From assembly GCF_009914755.1 (NCBI RefSeq), contig NC_060931.1: a stretch of 64,000 bases of DNA. The stretch is one strand, 5' to 3'. Below, in pieces: positions 1-22,685 of this stretch (within the stretch, counting starts at the first letter, position 1; the number at the start of each line of letters is the position of its first letter). The position numbers and the translations under genes are program-made. The stretch is from the human T2T-CHM13v2.0 reference genome, Homo sapiens. Under the pieces are notes generated by a model that was not told the DNA's origin, made no database searches, and saw nothing but the letters and a program-made list of their open reading frames with translations.

Positions 1-36
1 GGGGAAACCCCATCTCTACTAAAAATACAAAAATTA

Positions 37-315
<279 letters not shown>

Positions 316-630
316 TTAAAGTCAGTATGATGAGTCAAACATTTTTCTCCTTTGAAAAAAATAAGGATTGGGAGCAGATGATCTAGGAAGCCCCTTCCAA
401 AACACACAACATCTCTCTAACTAAAAATAACCAGCCTGGACAGTATAGCAAGACCTTATTTTCAGAAAATTAAAAAATTAGCCAGGTATGGTGGTACACC
501 CTTCTAGTCCCAGCTATTCAGGAGGCTGAGATGAGAGGATCACTTGAACCTAGGAGATGGAGGCCGCAGTGAACTATCATTGCACCACAGCACTCCAGCC
601 TGGGGGACAGAGGGAGACCCTGTCTCTTTA

Positions 631-927
<297 letters not shown>

Positions 928-1366
928 TCAAAAAAAAAAAAAAATCCCTGCACGTACCTGGTTGTTTCCTCAAAGTGCCACCTGCGGTTTCCAGGTACCG
1001 TGTGTTGGAGTGTCTCAGTGCTAGCTGTTCAGATCCAGGTGTCCCTCATGCATGTCCCTGTAGAGTAGTGGTCCACTCTGCGGGGGTCCAGCTTCCCTTG
1101 CTCCTCTCTCTCTACCACCTCCACGTTGCGTCCAGGATGGGGTGAGGAGCATGTTGGCTGGGACTCGTCCAGGCCACACACTGACCTCTGCCACCACCCT
1201 GGGGGCAGTCTTTGCCACCATGAAAAATGGCTGGGAGCCAGGAGCCACAGGGTGGAAGCACCAGAGATGGTGTCACCACCATTTAAAAAAATTTCCACTG
1301 ACCCGCCGGGCGCGGTGGCTCATGCCTGTAATCTCAGCACTTTAGGAGGCCAAGGGGGGCAGATCA

Positions 1367-1701
<335 letters not shown>

Positions 1702-2225
1702 TCAGAGTAATGAGGGGGAAACCTGAAAAGATTAGAACTAGAGGGGAAATTTTAAAGATGCGCACTATTTATTTCACTGCCCATGTAGATCTGAAGTTAT
1801 TTTGCTCGCTAGTAACATCAAATGTAGCCTTGTATTTGGGTCGTAAAGCTGTCATGGTTGGTCTACTTACAGATATGAAAATCTAAAAAAATGGAGAACA
1901 CTTCCCCCCATTTAGATTGGTGGCTAGGTGAAGCAAAAAGGCTTACAGTGGCTGGGTGCCGTGGCTCATGCCTATAGTGCCAGCACTTTAGGGTGTTGAG
2001 GCAGATGGATCACTTGAGGCCAGGAGTTCGAGACTGGCTCGGGCAACATAGAGAGACCCCCGTCTCTGCAAAAAATAAAAAATAATAATTAGCCAGCCGT
2101 GTTGGCACATGCCTGTAGTCCCAGCTACTCAGGAGGCTGAGGTGGGAGGATCGCTTGAGCCCAGGATTTCAAGGCTGCAGTAAGCTATGATCACACCACT
2201 GCACTCCACCTTGGGCAACAGAGCG

Positions 2226-2308
2226 AGACACCCTGTCTCTAAAAACAAAAACAAAAATCTATCTGCAGACACCCTGTCTCTAAAAACAAAAACAAAAATC
2301 TATCTGCA
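2226..2308. repeat. Perfect 41-bp tandem duplication
   Basis: agacaccctgtctctaaaaacaaaaacaaaaatctatctgc occurs twice in tandem. Confidence 0.95.
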
Positions 2309-2632
2309 ATTGAACTCATTACTTCCCCAACCAGCCCTCATGTCTTGGACTGACCATCTCAGCCAGTGTCATCACATTCAGTCTCCCAAGGCAGAAACTT
2401 TTTTTTTTTTTTTTTGAGATGGAGTCTTGCTCTGTCACCCAGGCTGGAATACAGTGGTGCAATCTTGGCTCACTGCAACCTCCGCCTCCCAGGTTGAAGT
2501 GATTCTCCTGCCTCAGCCTTCCGAGTAGCTGGGATTACATGCGCGCGCCACCATGCCTGGCTAATTTTTGTATTTTTAGTGGAGACGGGGTTTCGTCATG
2601 TTGTACAGGCTGGTCTGGAACTTCTGACCTCA

Positions 2633-2731
<99 letters not shown>

Positions 2732-3389
2732 TTATTTCTCTCTGACACACACCCATTATTAATTAAGATGTCAGTTTACCTCTTTCAAAACAGACCCAGG
2801 CTGAGCATGGTTGCTCACACCTGTAATCCCAGCACTTAGGGAGGCCAAGAGGGGCAGATCACTTGAGTTCAGGAGTTTGAGACCAGCCTGGTCAACATGG
2901 CGAAACCTCATCTCTACTAAAAACACAAAAATTAGCTGGGCGTGGTGGTGGGCGCCTTTAGTCCCAGCTACTTGGGGAGGCTGAGGCAGGAGAATCGCTT
3001 GAACCTAGGAGGCGGAGATTGCAGTGAGCCAAGATCACGCCACTGCGCTCCAGCTGAGGAGACAGAGCGAGACTCCGTCTCAAAGAAAAAACAAACAAAC
3101 AAAAAACCCAGACCCAAAGAACAGTGGTTTAACCTAAATGGGGGATTACATCTTGCTCATATAAGGGTCCAGACATTAGCAATCCATAACAGATACGGAA
3201 GCTGCAGTTCATCAGGAGCCAGGCTCTTTCTAACTGGTTGCTCTGCCGTTCCTAGGGTTCTGCTTTTGTTCCACAAAGTCTGAGGGGCTTTACTATCAGG
3301 TCCACTTTGTACTCAGCAGGATGGTGCTTGCCTGGGGTACAATAGACATGACAATTAACCCTCAAAATACCTAAGAGGTAGTGGTTTTA

Positions 3390-3467
3390 TTAGGTTGAAC
3401 TATATGAAATTGCCATTTTGGGGTCAAATATAATAGAATATTGGCAATTTTATGTCATTCAACCCAG
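3390..3467. mobile_element. MADE2-like mariner MITE (palindromic) inserted in a MIR
   Basis: Inverted arms taggttgaactatatgaaattgcc...ggcaattttatgtcattcaacc, ~78 bp. MIR core gaggtcaagtaacctgcccaaagtcacacagc at ~3503-3535. Confidence 0.8.
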
Positions 3468-3716
3468 TGGTATCTCTGAAGATAAAAGCTCTGACACACA
3501 GAGAGGTCAAGTAACCTGCCCAAAGTCACACAGCAAGTGAATGGCAGAGAGGGGCTTCAAATTCAGAGCCTCCCTGGAAGCTGGGCCCGAGGAAGATTCT
3601 TCAGTAGATAAGGCTTGGTTCCTGTCCCCCATGCACTTATAACCTACTTGCAGGGCAACATATGAACACTGGAACTGTAATCACAGTTCAAAAGAGAAAC
3701 AAGTTTGATACAGCTA

Positions 3717-3884
<168 letters not shown>

Positions 3885-4562
3885 TCACACCTGTAATCCC
3901 AGCACTTTGGGAGGTCAAGGTGAGTGGATCACGAGATCAGGAGATCGAGACCATCCTGGCTAGCACATGAAACCCTGTCTCTACCAAAAATACAAAAAAA
4001 AAAAAAAAAAAAAAAATTAGCCGGGCATGGTGGCAGGCGCCTGTAGTCCTAGCTACTCGGGAGGCTGAGGCAGGAAAATGGCATGAACCCACTTGCAGTG
4101 AGCCGAGATCACGCCACTGCACTCCAGCCTGGGCAACAGAGCGAGACTCCATCTCAAAAAAAAAAAAAAAGAAAAACAAAAATTAGCCAGGTGCGGTGGC
4201 ACATACCTATATATATATATTAAAAAGGAGGTCCCTGCCAATCCAATTAGCTGGTAGAACAAGACTTTTTTTTTTTTTTGGAGGTAGGGTCTCACTCTGT
4301 CACCCAGGCTGGAGTGCAGTGGCATGATCAAGTCTCACTGAAACTTTTGCCTCCTGGGCTCAAGCAATCCTTCACCCCTGTCTTCTGAGAAGCTGGGACT
4401 ACAGGCACACACCACCATGCCTGGCTAATATGTTTTGTACTTTGTAGAGTCGAGGTTTCACCATGTTGCCCAGGTTGGTCTTGAACTCCTGAGCTAAAGT
4501 GATCCGCCCACCTCCACCTCCCAAAGTGCTGGGATTATAGGTTTGAGCACTCGTGTCCAGCC

Positions 4563-5236
<674 letters not shown>

Positions 5237-5281
5237 TAATTCTGTGCTATTTAACAAAAGTGTGAGGTGCTATCTATGTAG

Positions 5282-5527
<246 letters not shown>

Positions 5528-6067
5528 TAGTAGAGACGGAGTTTCTCCATGTTAGCGAGGCTGGTCTCGAACTCCTGACCTCAGGTGATCCACCGCCTCG
5601 GCCTCCTAAAGTGCTGGGATTACAGGCGTGAGCCACCACGCCCAGCCACCTGTGGATTTCTTTATGTCTCTCCACCTTCTCACTTTGAGTTTATATGAGG
5701 CTGGGTTATGTCTTTCTGTGTTTTCCTGGGTCTTGGCATTTGTTTCTATCTCTTCCCCTCTCTTTCCTTCTGTCCTTTGTTTCTCCATCACACTGTCTCC
5801 TGACATCGATCTCTTCCTGTATCTTTGCTCTATAATTGCCCCATATAAATCCTAAGGATATATTTTATTGTTCATTGCACATATTAAATAGTTTGATGTG
5901 CCCTGCCCCTTAATTTAAAATGCAAAGAACAGGCTGGGTGTGGTGGCTCACGCCTGTAATCCCAGCACTTTGGGAGGGTGAATCACCTGAGGTGAAGGTA
6001 GGCGAATCACCTGAGGTTGGGAGTTCGAGACTAGCCTGACCAACATGGAGAAACCCCATCTCTACTA

Positions 6068-6226
<159 letters not shown>

Positions 6227-6230
6227 TCAA

Positions 6231-6261
<31 letters not shown>

Positions 6262-6561
6262 ATAAAATACAAAGAACAACATGTTCCATCGCTCCACCTA
6301 AATCTCCTATTTTATTGCTCCTTCTCTCTGACCTTTTTTTAGTTTGTTTTTATTTTGTCAAGTTATACACATACATAATTTTAAGAGTCAAATTGTACTA
6401 AAAGGTTAACAATGGTGAAAAGCAATCCCTGCTCTTTCTACTCTTGACCTGCTTCTTGGATTCAACCAACTTCTTCAGTTGTTTCTTCCAGTATATGCCT
6501 CTTGGTTTCTTTTCTGTTTTTTTTTTTTTTTCTTTAGACAGAGTCTTGCTCTGTCACCTAG

Positions 6562-6735
<174 letters not shown>

Positions 6736-6978
6736 TGAACTCCTGACCGCAGGTGATCCTCCTGCCTCGGCCTCCCAAAGTGCTGAGATTACAGGCATGA
6801 GCCCAGCTCCAGTTTCTAAATAACTTGCTTGTATAGCTATTCCTTGATTTTTCTATTTTAGATACGATCTATGATTTCTTAAAACAGGAAATGAGGATTT
6901 AACTTTTACACCCCCACACAAAACTCTTTCCCTTCCCCTATCCTCTCAATACAATTATATCATAAAATTTAGAATTAA

Positions 6979-7128
<150 letters not shown>

Positions 7129-7344
7129 TAGAGGCATGTGCCAGTGTGGGCAGCTAATTTTTAAAATTTTTTTGTAGAGACAGGGGTCTCGTATGTTGCC
7201 CAAACTGGTCTTGAACTCCTGGTTTCAAGTGATTCTCATGCCTCAGCCTCCTAAAGTGCTGGGATTACAGGCATGAGCCACCACTCCAAGCCCCTAAGTG
7301 TCCGTTCTTTGCATTCCCTTGGCACTCCGTGTACACCTGCCACT

Positions 7345-7962
<618 letters not shown>

Positions 7963-8009
7963 TCACACCTGTAATCCCAACACTTTGGGAGGCCAAGGCA
8001 GGTGGATCA

Positions 8010-8433
<424 letters not shown>

Positions 8434-8579
8434 CTAGATGCGATAGGTCCAGAAATTAAAAACTGTCCTGCTCTTGAGAAAACAGCAGGTTAGGCCACGT
8501 GTGGTGGCTCATGCCTGAAATTCTAGTGCTTTCGGAGGCCGAGGTGGGAAGATTGCTTGAGGCAAGGAGTTCGAGATCA

Positions 8580-8774
<195 letters not shown>

Positions 8775-9453
8775 CTAAAAACAAAACAAAACAAAAAAAA
8801 AAAAAAAAAAGAAAGAGAAGAAAGAAAAGAAATGAGTGTAGAAAGGGATCCTTTAAGATGAAATCGATGCCTCCTCATGGAGTTCTAAGCCCTCAGAAGT
8901 GGAAGTCAACTGGAGTGTGCAATTTTCTATCTTTCAACTAACCCAACAGTTTCTACCTCACCCTCCTGCCTTCCTAGGACTCTGTGCACACACCCACCAG
9001 AGTGTTATCACATTGCAAGACAGAACCCAATTGTCTCCTTTATCTCCTCTACCAGACTTTGTGCTCCATCAGTTGAAGAGTAGGATGAAGAAAAAAAAAA
9101 AAGGTTACATGAAGATGATGGAATTATAATCAGGCCTTGAAGAACGGAGACAATTCCAGCCATTGTTGTAGATGTGGAGGCTGAAGGACATTCCAATTTG
9201 AAGGAACAGAGTAAGTAAAGGAGGGTGGGGCCAGATCAAAGAAGACATGCAGGCCAGGCGCAGTGGCTCCTGTCTGTAATCCCAGCACTTTGGGAGGCCA
9301 AGGCAGGCGGGCGGATCACTTGAGGTTAGCAGTTTGAGACCAGCCTGGGCAACATGGAGAAACCCTGTCTCTACTAAAAATACAAAAATTAGCCGGGTGT
9401 GGTGGCTCACACCTGTAGTCCCAGCACTTTGGGAGGCTGAGGCGTGTGGATCA

Positions 9454-9666
<213 letters not shown>

Positions 9667-9715
9667 TCAAAAAATAAGTAAATAGATAAATAAATAAGTA
9701 AATAAATAAATAAAT

Positions 9716-10890
<1,175 letters not shown>

Positions 10891-10919
10891 CTTGGGCTCT
10901 GACATTCAGAGTCTAAAAA

Positions 10920-14170
<3,251 letters not shown>

Positions 14171-14987
14171 TGAACTCCTGACCTCAAGTGATCAGCCCAC
14201 CTCAGCCTCCCAAAGTGCTGTGATTACAAGCATGAGCCACCGTGCTGGCCAGACCTCCCTCTCTTTCAGCAACTAAAGAGTTAATCCCCAGCATAGCTGT
14301 TGATCTCCAGGAACAGGACTTAGTGCTAAAATCAGTGTCTGTTCTAAATGGCTGCCGGCCATGTGGTAACCAGCTGTGAAATATTTTGAATATCACCCCT
14401 GGCTGTGGCCACAAAAAGGCAAAAGCCAAGTAGGTGTGGTAAATTTGCTGCAAGAAATGGCCTAACATACTGAGTTGAGGTTTTGGCTTCTGTTTGAAGT
14501 AGTGGCAGGAACAGAGCAGATGGGCGGGCCTGGGTTCAGCTTGGTTTGTAAAACAAGATAATTCCTTAGCTTAATGAACAAAGATCTAAGTCAAGTCAAC
14601 ACACTACATAGTCACAGTCCTTCTAGCCTTAACCATCCCTTCTCTCTTTTTTTTTTTTTCGTAGAGATGGGATCTCACTCTGCTGCCCAGGCTGGTCTCC
14701 TCCTGCCTTGGCCTCCCAAAGTGTTGGAATTACAAGTGTGAGCCACTGTGCCTGGCCCTGAATAAGTTTCTTGACCCAGAGTTCCTGAAGAGGAGGATGG
14801 GAACCTTGGAGGCTGTTTCTCCAGGCTGGTTAGTACCAAAGATGGACAGGACTTGAAAAATAATGGAGGATTACCTTGGGCTTAATTACGTGGGTACTTG
14901 ATATGCTGTCTTCAATTTAGAGAAAGGGTCTCACTCTGTTGCCCACAGTGGAGTACAGAGGCACAACCACAGCTCATCACAGCCTCA

Positions 14988-15285
<298 letters not shown>

Positions 15286-15559
15286 TCAAAACAAATCAAA
15301 ACAAACAAAAAAACCCAAACAAACAAATAAAAAACTGCAGGCACATGCCACTGCACCTGGCTAAATTTTTTTTTAATTTTTTTAATTTTTTTTTTTAAAG
15401 AGATGGCATTTCACTATGTGGCCCAGACTGGTCTCCCAACTCCTAGCACCAAGCAATTCTCCCTCCTTAGCCTCCCAAAGTGCTGGGATTATAGGCATGA
15501 ACCATTGCACCTGGCCTCTGTTTCTCTTTACCCATCCCAGCTATTTATCTTTACCTGGA

Positions 15560-15880
15560 AGGGGTAGCAGTATCCTTTCACAGGGACCTAGTCCACTTTA
15601 CCTAGGGACCAGCCATCTAGGTTTACCTGAAACTGTTATTCGGGCACTGAAAGTTCTGCATCCTAGGAAGCCCCCAGGTCCCTGGCAAACTGGGATGGTT
15701 GATCACACTAACTGACTCCTCTGTAGGATGTCATCCTGATCGTCATTGACAATATCATGCTGATTTGCCTTGGACTTGAAGTATCAAAGATCCCCCAGGT
15801 CTTGCTGAGACGTGGATGTAATGGGGTTGTGAGATATAACTGGCAGAAATGCAAGGACCTGTCACATCAGTAGAGCTTAG
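15560..15880 (+). mobile_element. ERV-L pro/RT remnant
   Basis: 15745-15765 translates IDNIMLI (ERV-L YIDDIMLI). 15852-15872 translates QGPVTSV (ERV-L IQGPSTSVKFLG). Frameshifted. Confidence 0.75.
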
Positions 15881-16008
15881 AAAATCATTAGTAATGAATA
15901 GTAAGTTGTAATGAATATTCATTAGTAATGAATAATAATTAGCAATGAATATTCCTTAGTAATATAAGATCTCCTTCAAAATGTGGGGGATGGGAGGGCA
16001 GAGAATGA

Positions 16009-16128
<120 letters not shown>

Positions 16129-16223
16129 TGATCCTCCCACCTCAGCCTCCCACCTCAGCCTGTGGAGTACCTGGGACCACAGGTACACACCACCACACCC
16201 AGCTAATTTTTATTTCTTTTTAA

Positions 16224-16415
<192 letters not shown>

Positions 16416-17049
16416 TAGTAGAGACAGGGTTTCACCGTGTTAGTCAGGATGGTCTCGATCTCCTGACCTCATGATCCACCTGCCTCAGCCTCCCAAAGTG
16501 CTGGGATTACAGGTGTGAGCCACCACGCCTGGCCTTAAAAATTATTTATTAATTTTTAAATTTTTTTTCTTTCCAATCATTTGTCACAGTCATATTATTT
16601 TTAAATTATTTGTAGAGATGTGGGTCTCCCTATGTTGCCCATGCTGGTCTTGGACACCGGAGCTCAAGTGATCCTGTCTTGGCCTACCAAAGGGCTGGAA
16701 TTACAGGAATGAGCCACTGCATCAGGCCAACTTGCTACATTTTATACTTTCAACTAATAAGGAATTCTGGAAGCAGCATCTACCTCTATTTTAGCAGGGC
16801 TTTTTTCACTGCAAGAAACAAAAAAGTTCACTCAACAAAGCTCAAGTAAGAGAAAGAGATAGATAAGGGAGACCTGATCTCTTAGAACTAAGCCATAGTG
16901 GAATCAGAATTCATGTAGGTTGAAACCCAAGGAAGTTCTGAGTCCAGGAAAAACTCTAGGTGCTTCACAATAGGAATTGGCGAATGGGCCAGACACGGTG
17001 GCTCACACCTGTAATCCCAACACTTTGGGAGGCTGAGGCGGGCAGATCA

Positions 17050-17387
<338 letters not shown>

Positions 17388-17448
17388 CTAAAAGGCCCAA
17401 GAAAGAAAATCTGATTAATTTATCTTTTCATATTTATTTATTTTTTAA

Positions 17449-17553
<105 letters not shown>

Positions 17554-18366
17554 TGAGTAGCTGAGATTACAGGCATGCACCACCACCGCCCGGGTAATTT
17601 TGTATTTTTAGTAGAGATGGGGTTTCTCCATGTTGGTCAGGCTGGTCTTGAACTCCCAACCTCAGGTGATCTGCCCGCCTCGGCCTCTCAAAGTGCTGGG
17701 AATACAGGCATGAGCCACCGCGGCCAGCCTATCTTTTCATTTTTTAAAACTTATGTTTTAGGTTGGGTTTTGTTTTGTTTTGTTTTGTTTTGTTTGGAAA
17801 CAGGGTCTCACTCTGTTGCCCAGGCTGCAGTAGTGCAGTGGCATGATCATGGCTCACTGCAGCCTTAAACTCCTGGGCTCAAACAATCCTCCCACCTCAG
17901 CCTCCCTAGTAGCTGGCTACCACACTGGCTAATTATTTTACTTTTTATTTTTTGTAGTGATGGAGTCTTGTTGTGTTGCCCAGCCTGGCGTCTAACCCCT
18001 GGCCTCAAGCGATCTTCCTGCCTTGGCCCCCCAAAGTGCTGGAAGTATAGGCATGAGTCACCACGCCCAGCCAAATTTGTGTCTTATTTTTAATAAATTT
18101 GGACGTGGTCGTAATTTAAAGAGTTAAATACTTCCAAAGACATGTTAGAAAAAAGAGAAGATCCTTTTCAACTCTCCTCCATTTTCAGCTCCTCAGAAGT
18201 AAGCATTTTTTCAGTTCTTATAGCTGATCTTTTGTTATTTGGTTTATATTTATATGTCTAAATAATACAGTTATGTCTTTAGCTCTTGGTTTTTTTTTTC
18301 AGTATTACCTATTATCTATTGACTTACCGTGTGGACAGTGAGGGTTAGCTCTCTTTCACTTCCCAG

Positions 18367-18442
18367 TCACACACATACACACACACACACACACCAGTCA
18401 CACACACACACACCAGTCACACACACACACACACACACACAC
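18367..18442. repeat. Interrupted (CA)n microsatellite
   Basis: CA runs separated by cagt. Confidence 0.9.
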
Positions 18443-18467
18443 TTCCCATCCCACCATCCTCTGAACA

Positions 18468-18647
18468 CAGACAGTCCCCCAATTTAGGATGGTTTGACTT
18501 AATGATTTTCTTAACTTTACAATGAGTTAATCAGGACTCAGTCCCATCATAAGTCAGGGAGCTAGGATGGTTTGACTTAAGGATTTTCTTGATTTTATAA
18601 TGAATTAATCAGGACACAGTTCCATCATAAGTCAGGGAGGCTCTGTA
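18468..18647. mobile_element. Short Tigger-family (MER47-like) MITE with an internal 78-bp tandem duplication
   Basis: Termini cagacagtcccc...gggaggctctg; units start at 18485 and 18563. Confidence 0.65.
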
Positions 18648-18682
18648 TTTGTCATTTTAGTTAGAAAGAGATTTAGGATTTT

Positions 18683-19156
<474 letters not shown>

Positions 19157-20282
19157 TAGGGTTATATTTTTATAAGTGTATATATGCTATTCATAATTGA
19201 GCCATTTGTTTCCCTTGGAGTTAATAATTGCCTTATCTTTTGGTTTGCCGATGTTTCTAGGTATTAATCCTAATTGAATCCCTGCTGTAAAATAAGTCTT
19301 CTCATTATGTTCAAACATACAGAGTAGATTGTCACAGGGCAGTGAAGGCATATTGCTGCACCTGCTAGGTGAAGGTAAATTATTAGGTCTTCAGTCAGTT
19401 TCATCTTCTTGAAGGAATCCCTCCAAGAACCTTCTGATTTGTTTCTTTTTTTTTTACCTTTTTAAAAATCTTATTGCCTGCTCTCTGTGAAACCTACCTT
19501 CTGATCTTCTCTACTTTGGACTAGCTGCTTTCTAGGGCAGCAACTCAGCTGTCATTTTGGGGTCTCCTCTCACTATTACCCTAGGGACTCCCTTCGTCTT
19601 TGTTGAATTGGATACCCTCACTCATGGATCCCAAGTCTTCTTTCTTGCTTTATCGCTTTACGTAGGTGGTGTACTCTACTGATAGCTTCCTGAGAATGTT
19701 CAGGAAATGTTCAAGACTGTGTAGCAGAGAATGTGACTAATTCCACCAGTATCCTTCCATTCTTCCATAGTAATAGAGTTTTTATCTAGGCATAAAACCA
19801 TCCAAAGGCCAGGCACTATGGCTTACACCTGTAATCCCAGCACTTTGGGAGGCCAAGGCAGTAGGATCACTGGAGCCCAGGAGTTCAAGACTAGCCTGGG
19901 TAACATAGGGAGACTCTGTCTCTACAAAAAATGAGAAAATTAGCTGGGCATGGTGGCATGCGCCTATAGTCTCAGCTACTCCAGCAGCTGAGCTGGGAGG
20001 ATCACTTGAGCCCAGGAGGTCCAGGCTGTAGTGAACCATGATTGTGCCACTGCACTCCAGCCTGAGCAACAGAGTGAGACGCTGTCTCAAAAAAGAAAAA
20101 AAAAAAAGATAATTCAAAATAAAGTCTATATTTCTGCATTTTCCACCCTACCTTGTAGCTTGGTGTGGCCATGTGACCAAATTCTGACCAATGGGATGCA
20201 AGGAGAAGTGAAAGTTCTTTGGAAGAACTTTCTGAAGAAATAGCTGGCACATGCCCCTGGTGCCTTCTTCATCATCTCTTCT

Positions 20283-22685
20283 TTTATTTATTTATTTATT
20301 TATTTTTATTGATCATTCTTGGGTGTTTCTCGCAGAGGGGGATTTGGCAGGGTCATAGGACAATAGTGGAGGGAAGGTCAGCAGATAAACAAGTGAACAA
20401 AGGTCTCTGGTTTTCCTAGGCAGAGTGTGTGTGTCCCTGGGTACTTGAGATTAGGGAGTGGTGATGACTCTTAACGAGCATGCTGCCTTCAAGCATCTGT
20501 TTAACAAAGCACATCTTGCACCACCCTTAATCCATTTAACCCTGAGTGGACACAGCACATGTTTCAGAGAGCACAGGGTTGGGGGTAAGGTCACAGATCA
20601 ACAGGATCCCAAGGCAGAAGAATTTTTCTTAGTACAGAACAAAATGAAAAGTCTCCCATGTCTACTTCTTTCTACACAGACACAGCAACCATCCGACTTC
20701 TCAATCTTTTTCCCACGTTTCCCCCTTTTCTATTCCACAAAACCGCCATTGTCATCATGGCCCGTTCTCAATGAGCTGTTGGGTACACCTCCCAGACGGG
20801 GTGGTGGCCGGGCAGAGGGGCTCCTCACTTCCCAGTAGGGGCGGCCGGGCAGAGGCGCCCCTCACCTCCCGGACGGGGCGGCTGGCCGGGCGGGGGGCTG
20901 ACCCCCCACCTCCCTCCCGGACGGGGCGTCTCGCCGGGCGGGGGGCTGACCCCCCCACCTCCCTCCCGGATGGGGCGGCTGGCCGGGCGGGGGGCTGACT
21001 CCCCCACCTCCCTCCTGGACGGGGCGGCTGGCCGGGCAGAGGGGCTCCTCACTTCCCAGTAGGGGCGGCCGGGCAGAGGCGCCCCTCACCTCCCGGACGG
21101 GGCAGCTGGCCGGCTGGGGGCTGACCCCCCCACCTCCCTCCCGGACGGGGCGGCTGGCCGGGCGGGGGGCTGACCCCCCCACCTCCCTCCCGGACGGGGC
21201 GGCTGGCCAGGCGGGGGGCTGACTCCCCCACCTCCCTCCCGGACGGGGCGGCTGGCCGGGCAGAGGGGCTCCTCACTTCCCAGTAGGGGCGGCCGGGCAG
21301 AGGCGCCCCTCACCTCCCGGACGGGGCAGCTGGCCGGGCAGGGGGCTGACCCCCCACCTCCCTCCCGGACGGGGCGTCTCGCCGGGCGGGGGGCTGACCC
21401 CCCCACCTCCCTCCCGGACGGGGTGGCTGGCCGGGCGGGGATCTGACCCCCCCCCCCCGCCTCCTTCCCGGACGGGGCGTCTCACCTGGCGGGGGGCTGA
21501 CCCCCCCACCTCCCTCCCGGACGGGGCATCTCGCCTGGCGGGGGGCTGACCCCCCCACCTCCCTCCCGGATGGGGCGGCTGGCCGGGCACGGGGCTGACC
21601 CCCCCCACCTCCCTCCCGGACGGGGCGGCTGGCCGGGCGGGGGGCTGACTCCCCCACCTCCCTCCTGGACGGGGCGGCTGGCCGGGCAGAGGTGCTCCTC
21701 ACTTCCCAGTAGGGGCAGCCGGGCAGAGGCGCCCCTCACCTCCCGGACGGGGTGGCTGGCCGGGTGGGGGGCTGACCCCCCCACCTCCCTCCCGGATGGG
21801 GCGGCTGGCCTGGCAGGGGCTGACCCCCACCTCCCTTCCGGACGGGGTGGCTGCCGGGCGGAGACGCTCCTCACTTCCCAGACGGGGTGGCAGCCGGGCG
21901 GAGGGGCTCCTCACTTCTCAGATGGGGCGGTTGCCAGGCGGAGGGTCTCCTCACTTCTCAGACGGGGCGGCCGGGCAGAGACGCTCCTCACCTCCCAGAC
22001 AGGGCGGCGGGGCAGAGGCGCTCCCCACATCTCAGACGATGGGCGGCCGGGCAGAGACGCTCCTCACTTCCTAGATGGGATGGTGGCCGGGAAGAGGCGC
22101 TCCTCACTTCCTAGGTGGGATGGCGGCCGGGCAGAGACGCTCCTCACTTTCCAGACTGGGCAGCCAGGCAGAGGGGCTCCTCACATCCCAGACGATGGGC
22201 GGCCAGGCAGAGACGCACCTCACTTCCCAGACGGGGTAGCGGCCAGGCAGAGGCTGCAATCTCGGCACTTTGGGGGGCCAAGGCAGGCGGCTGGGAGGTG
22301 GAGGTTGTAGCCGAGATCACGCCACTGCACTCCAGCCTGGGCACCATTGAGCACTGAGTTAACGAGACTCCGTCTGCAATCCCGGCACCTCGGGAGGCCG
22401 AGGCTGGCGGATCACTCGCGGTTAGGAGCTGGAGACCAGCCCGGCCAACACAACGAAACCCCGTCTCCACCAAAAAAATACAAAAACCCGTCAGGCATGG
22501 CGGCGCGCGCCTGCAATCGCAGGCACTCGGCAGGCTGAGGCAGGAGAATCAGGCAGGGAGGTTGCAGTGAACCGAGATGGCAGCAGCACAGTCCAGCTTC
22601 GGCTCGGCATGAGAGGGAGACCATGGAAAGAGAGGGAGAGGGAGAGGGAGAGGGAGACCGTGGAAAGAGAGGGAGAGGGAGAGGG
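20283..22685 (-). mobile_element. Full-length SVA retrotransposon (probably SVA_D-like)
   Basis: Minus-strand order: CCCTCT hexamers (22611-22685), Alu-like region (~22250-22610), GC-rich VNTR (~20790-22250), SINE-R (~20310-20790), A-rich tail (20283-20310). 13-bp TSD catcatctcttct at 20270-20282 and 22686-22698. Confidence 0.97.
20790..22250 (-). repeat. SVA VNTR, ~37-50 bp GC-rich units
   Basis: Repeated cacctccctcccggacggggcggctggccgggcggggggctgacccc and ctcctcacttcccagtaggggcggccgggcagaggcgc units. Confidence 0.95.
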
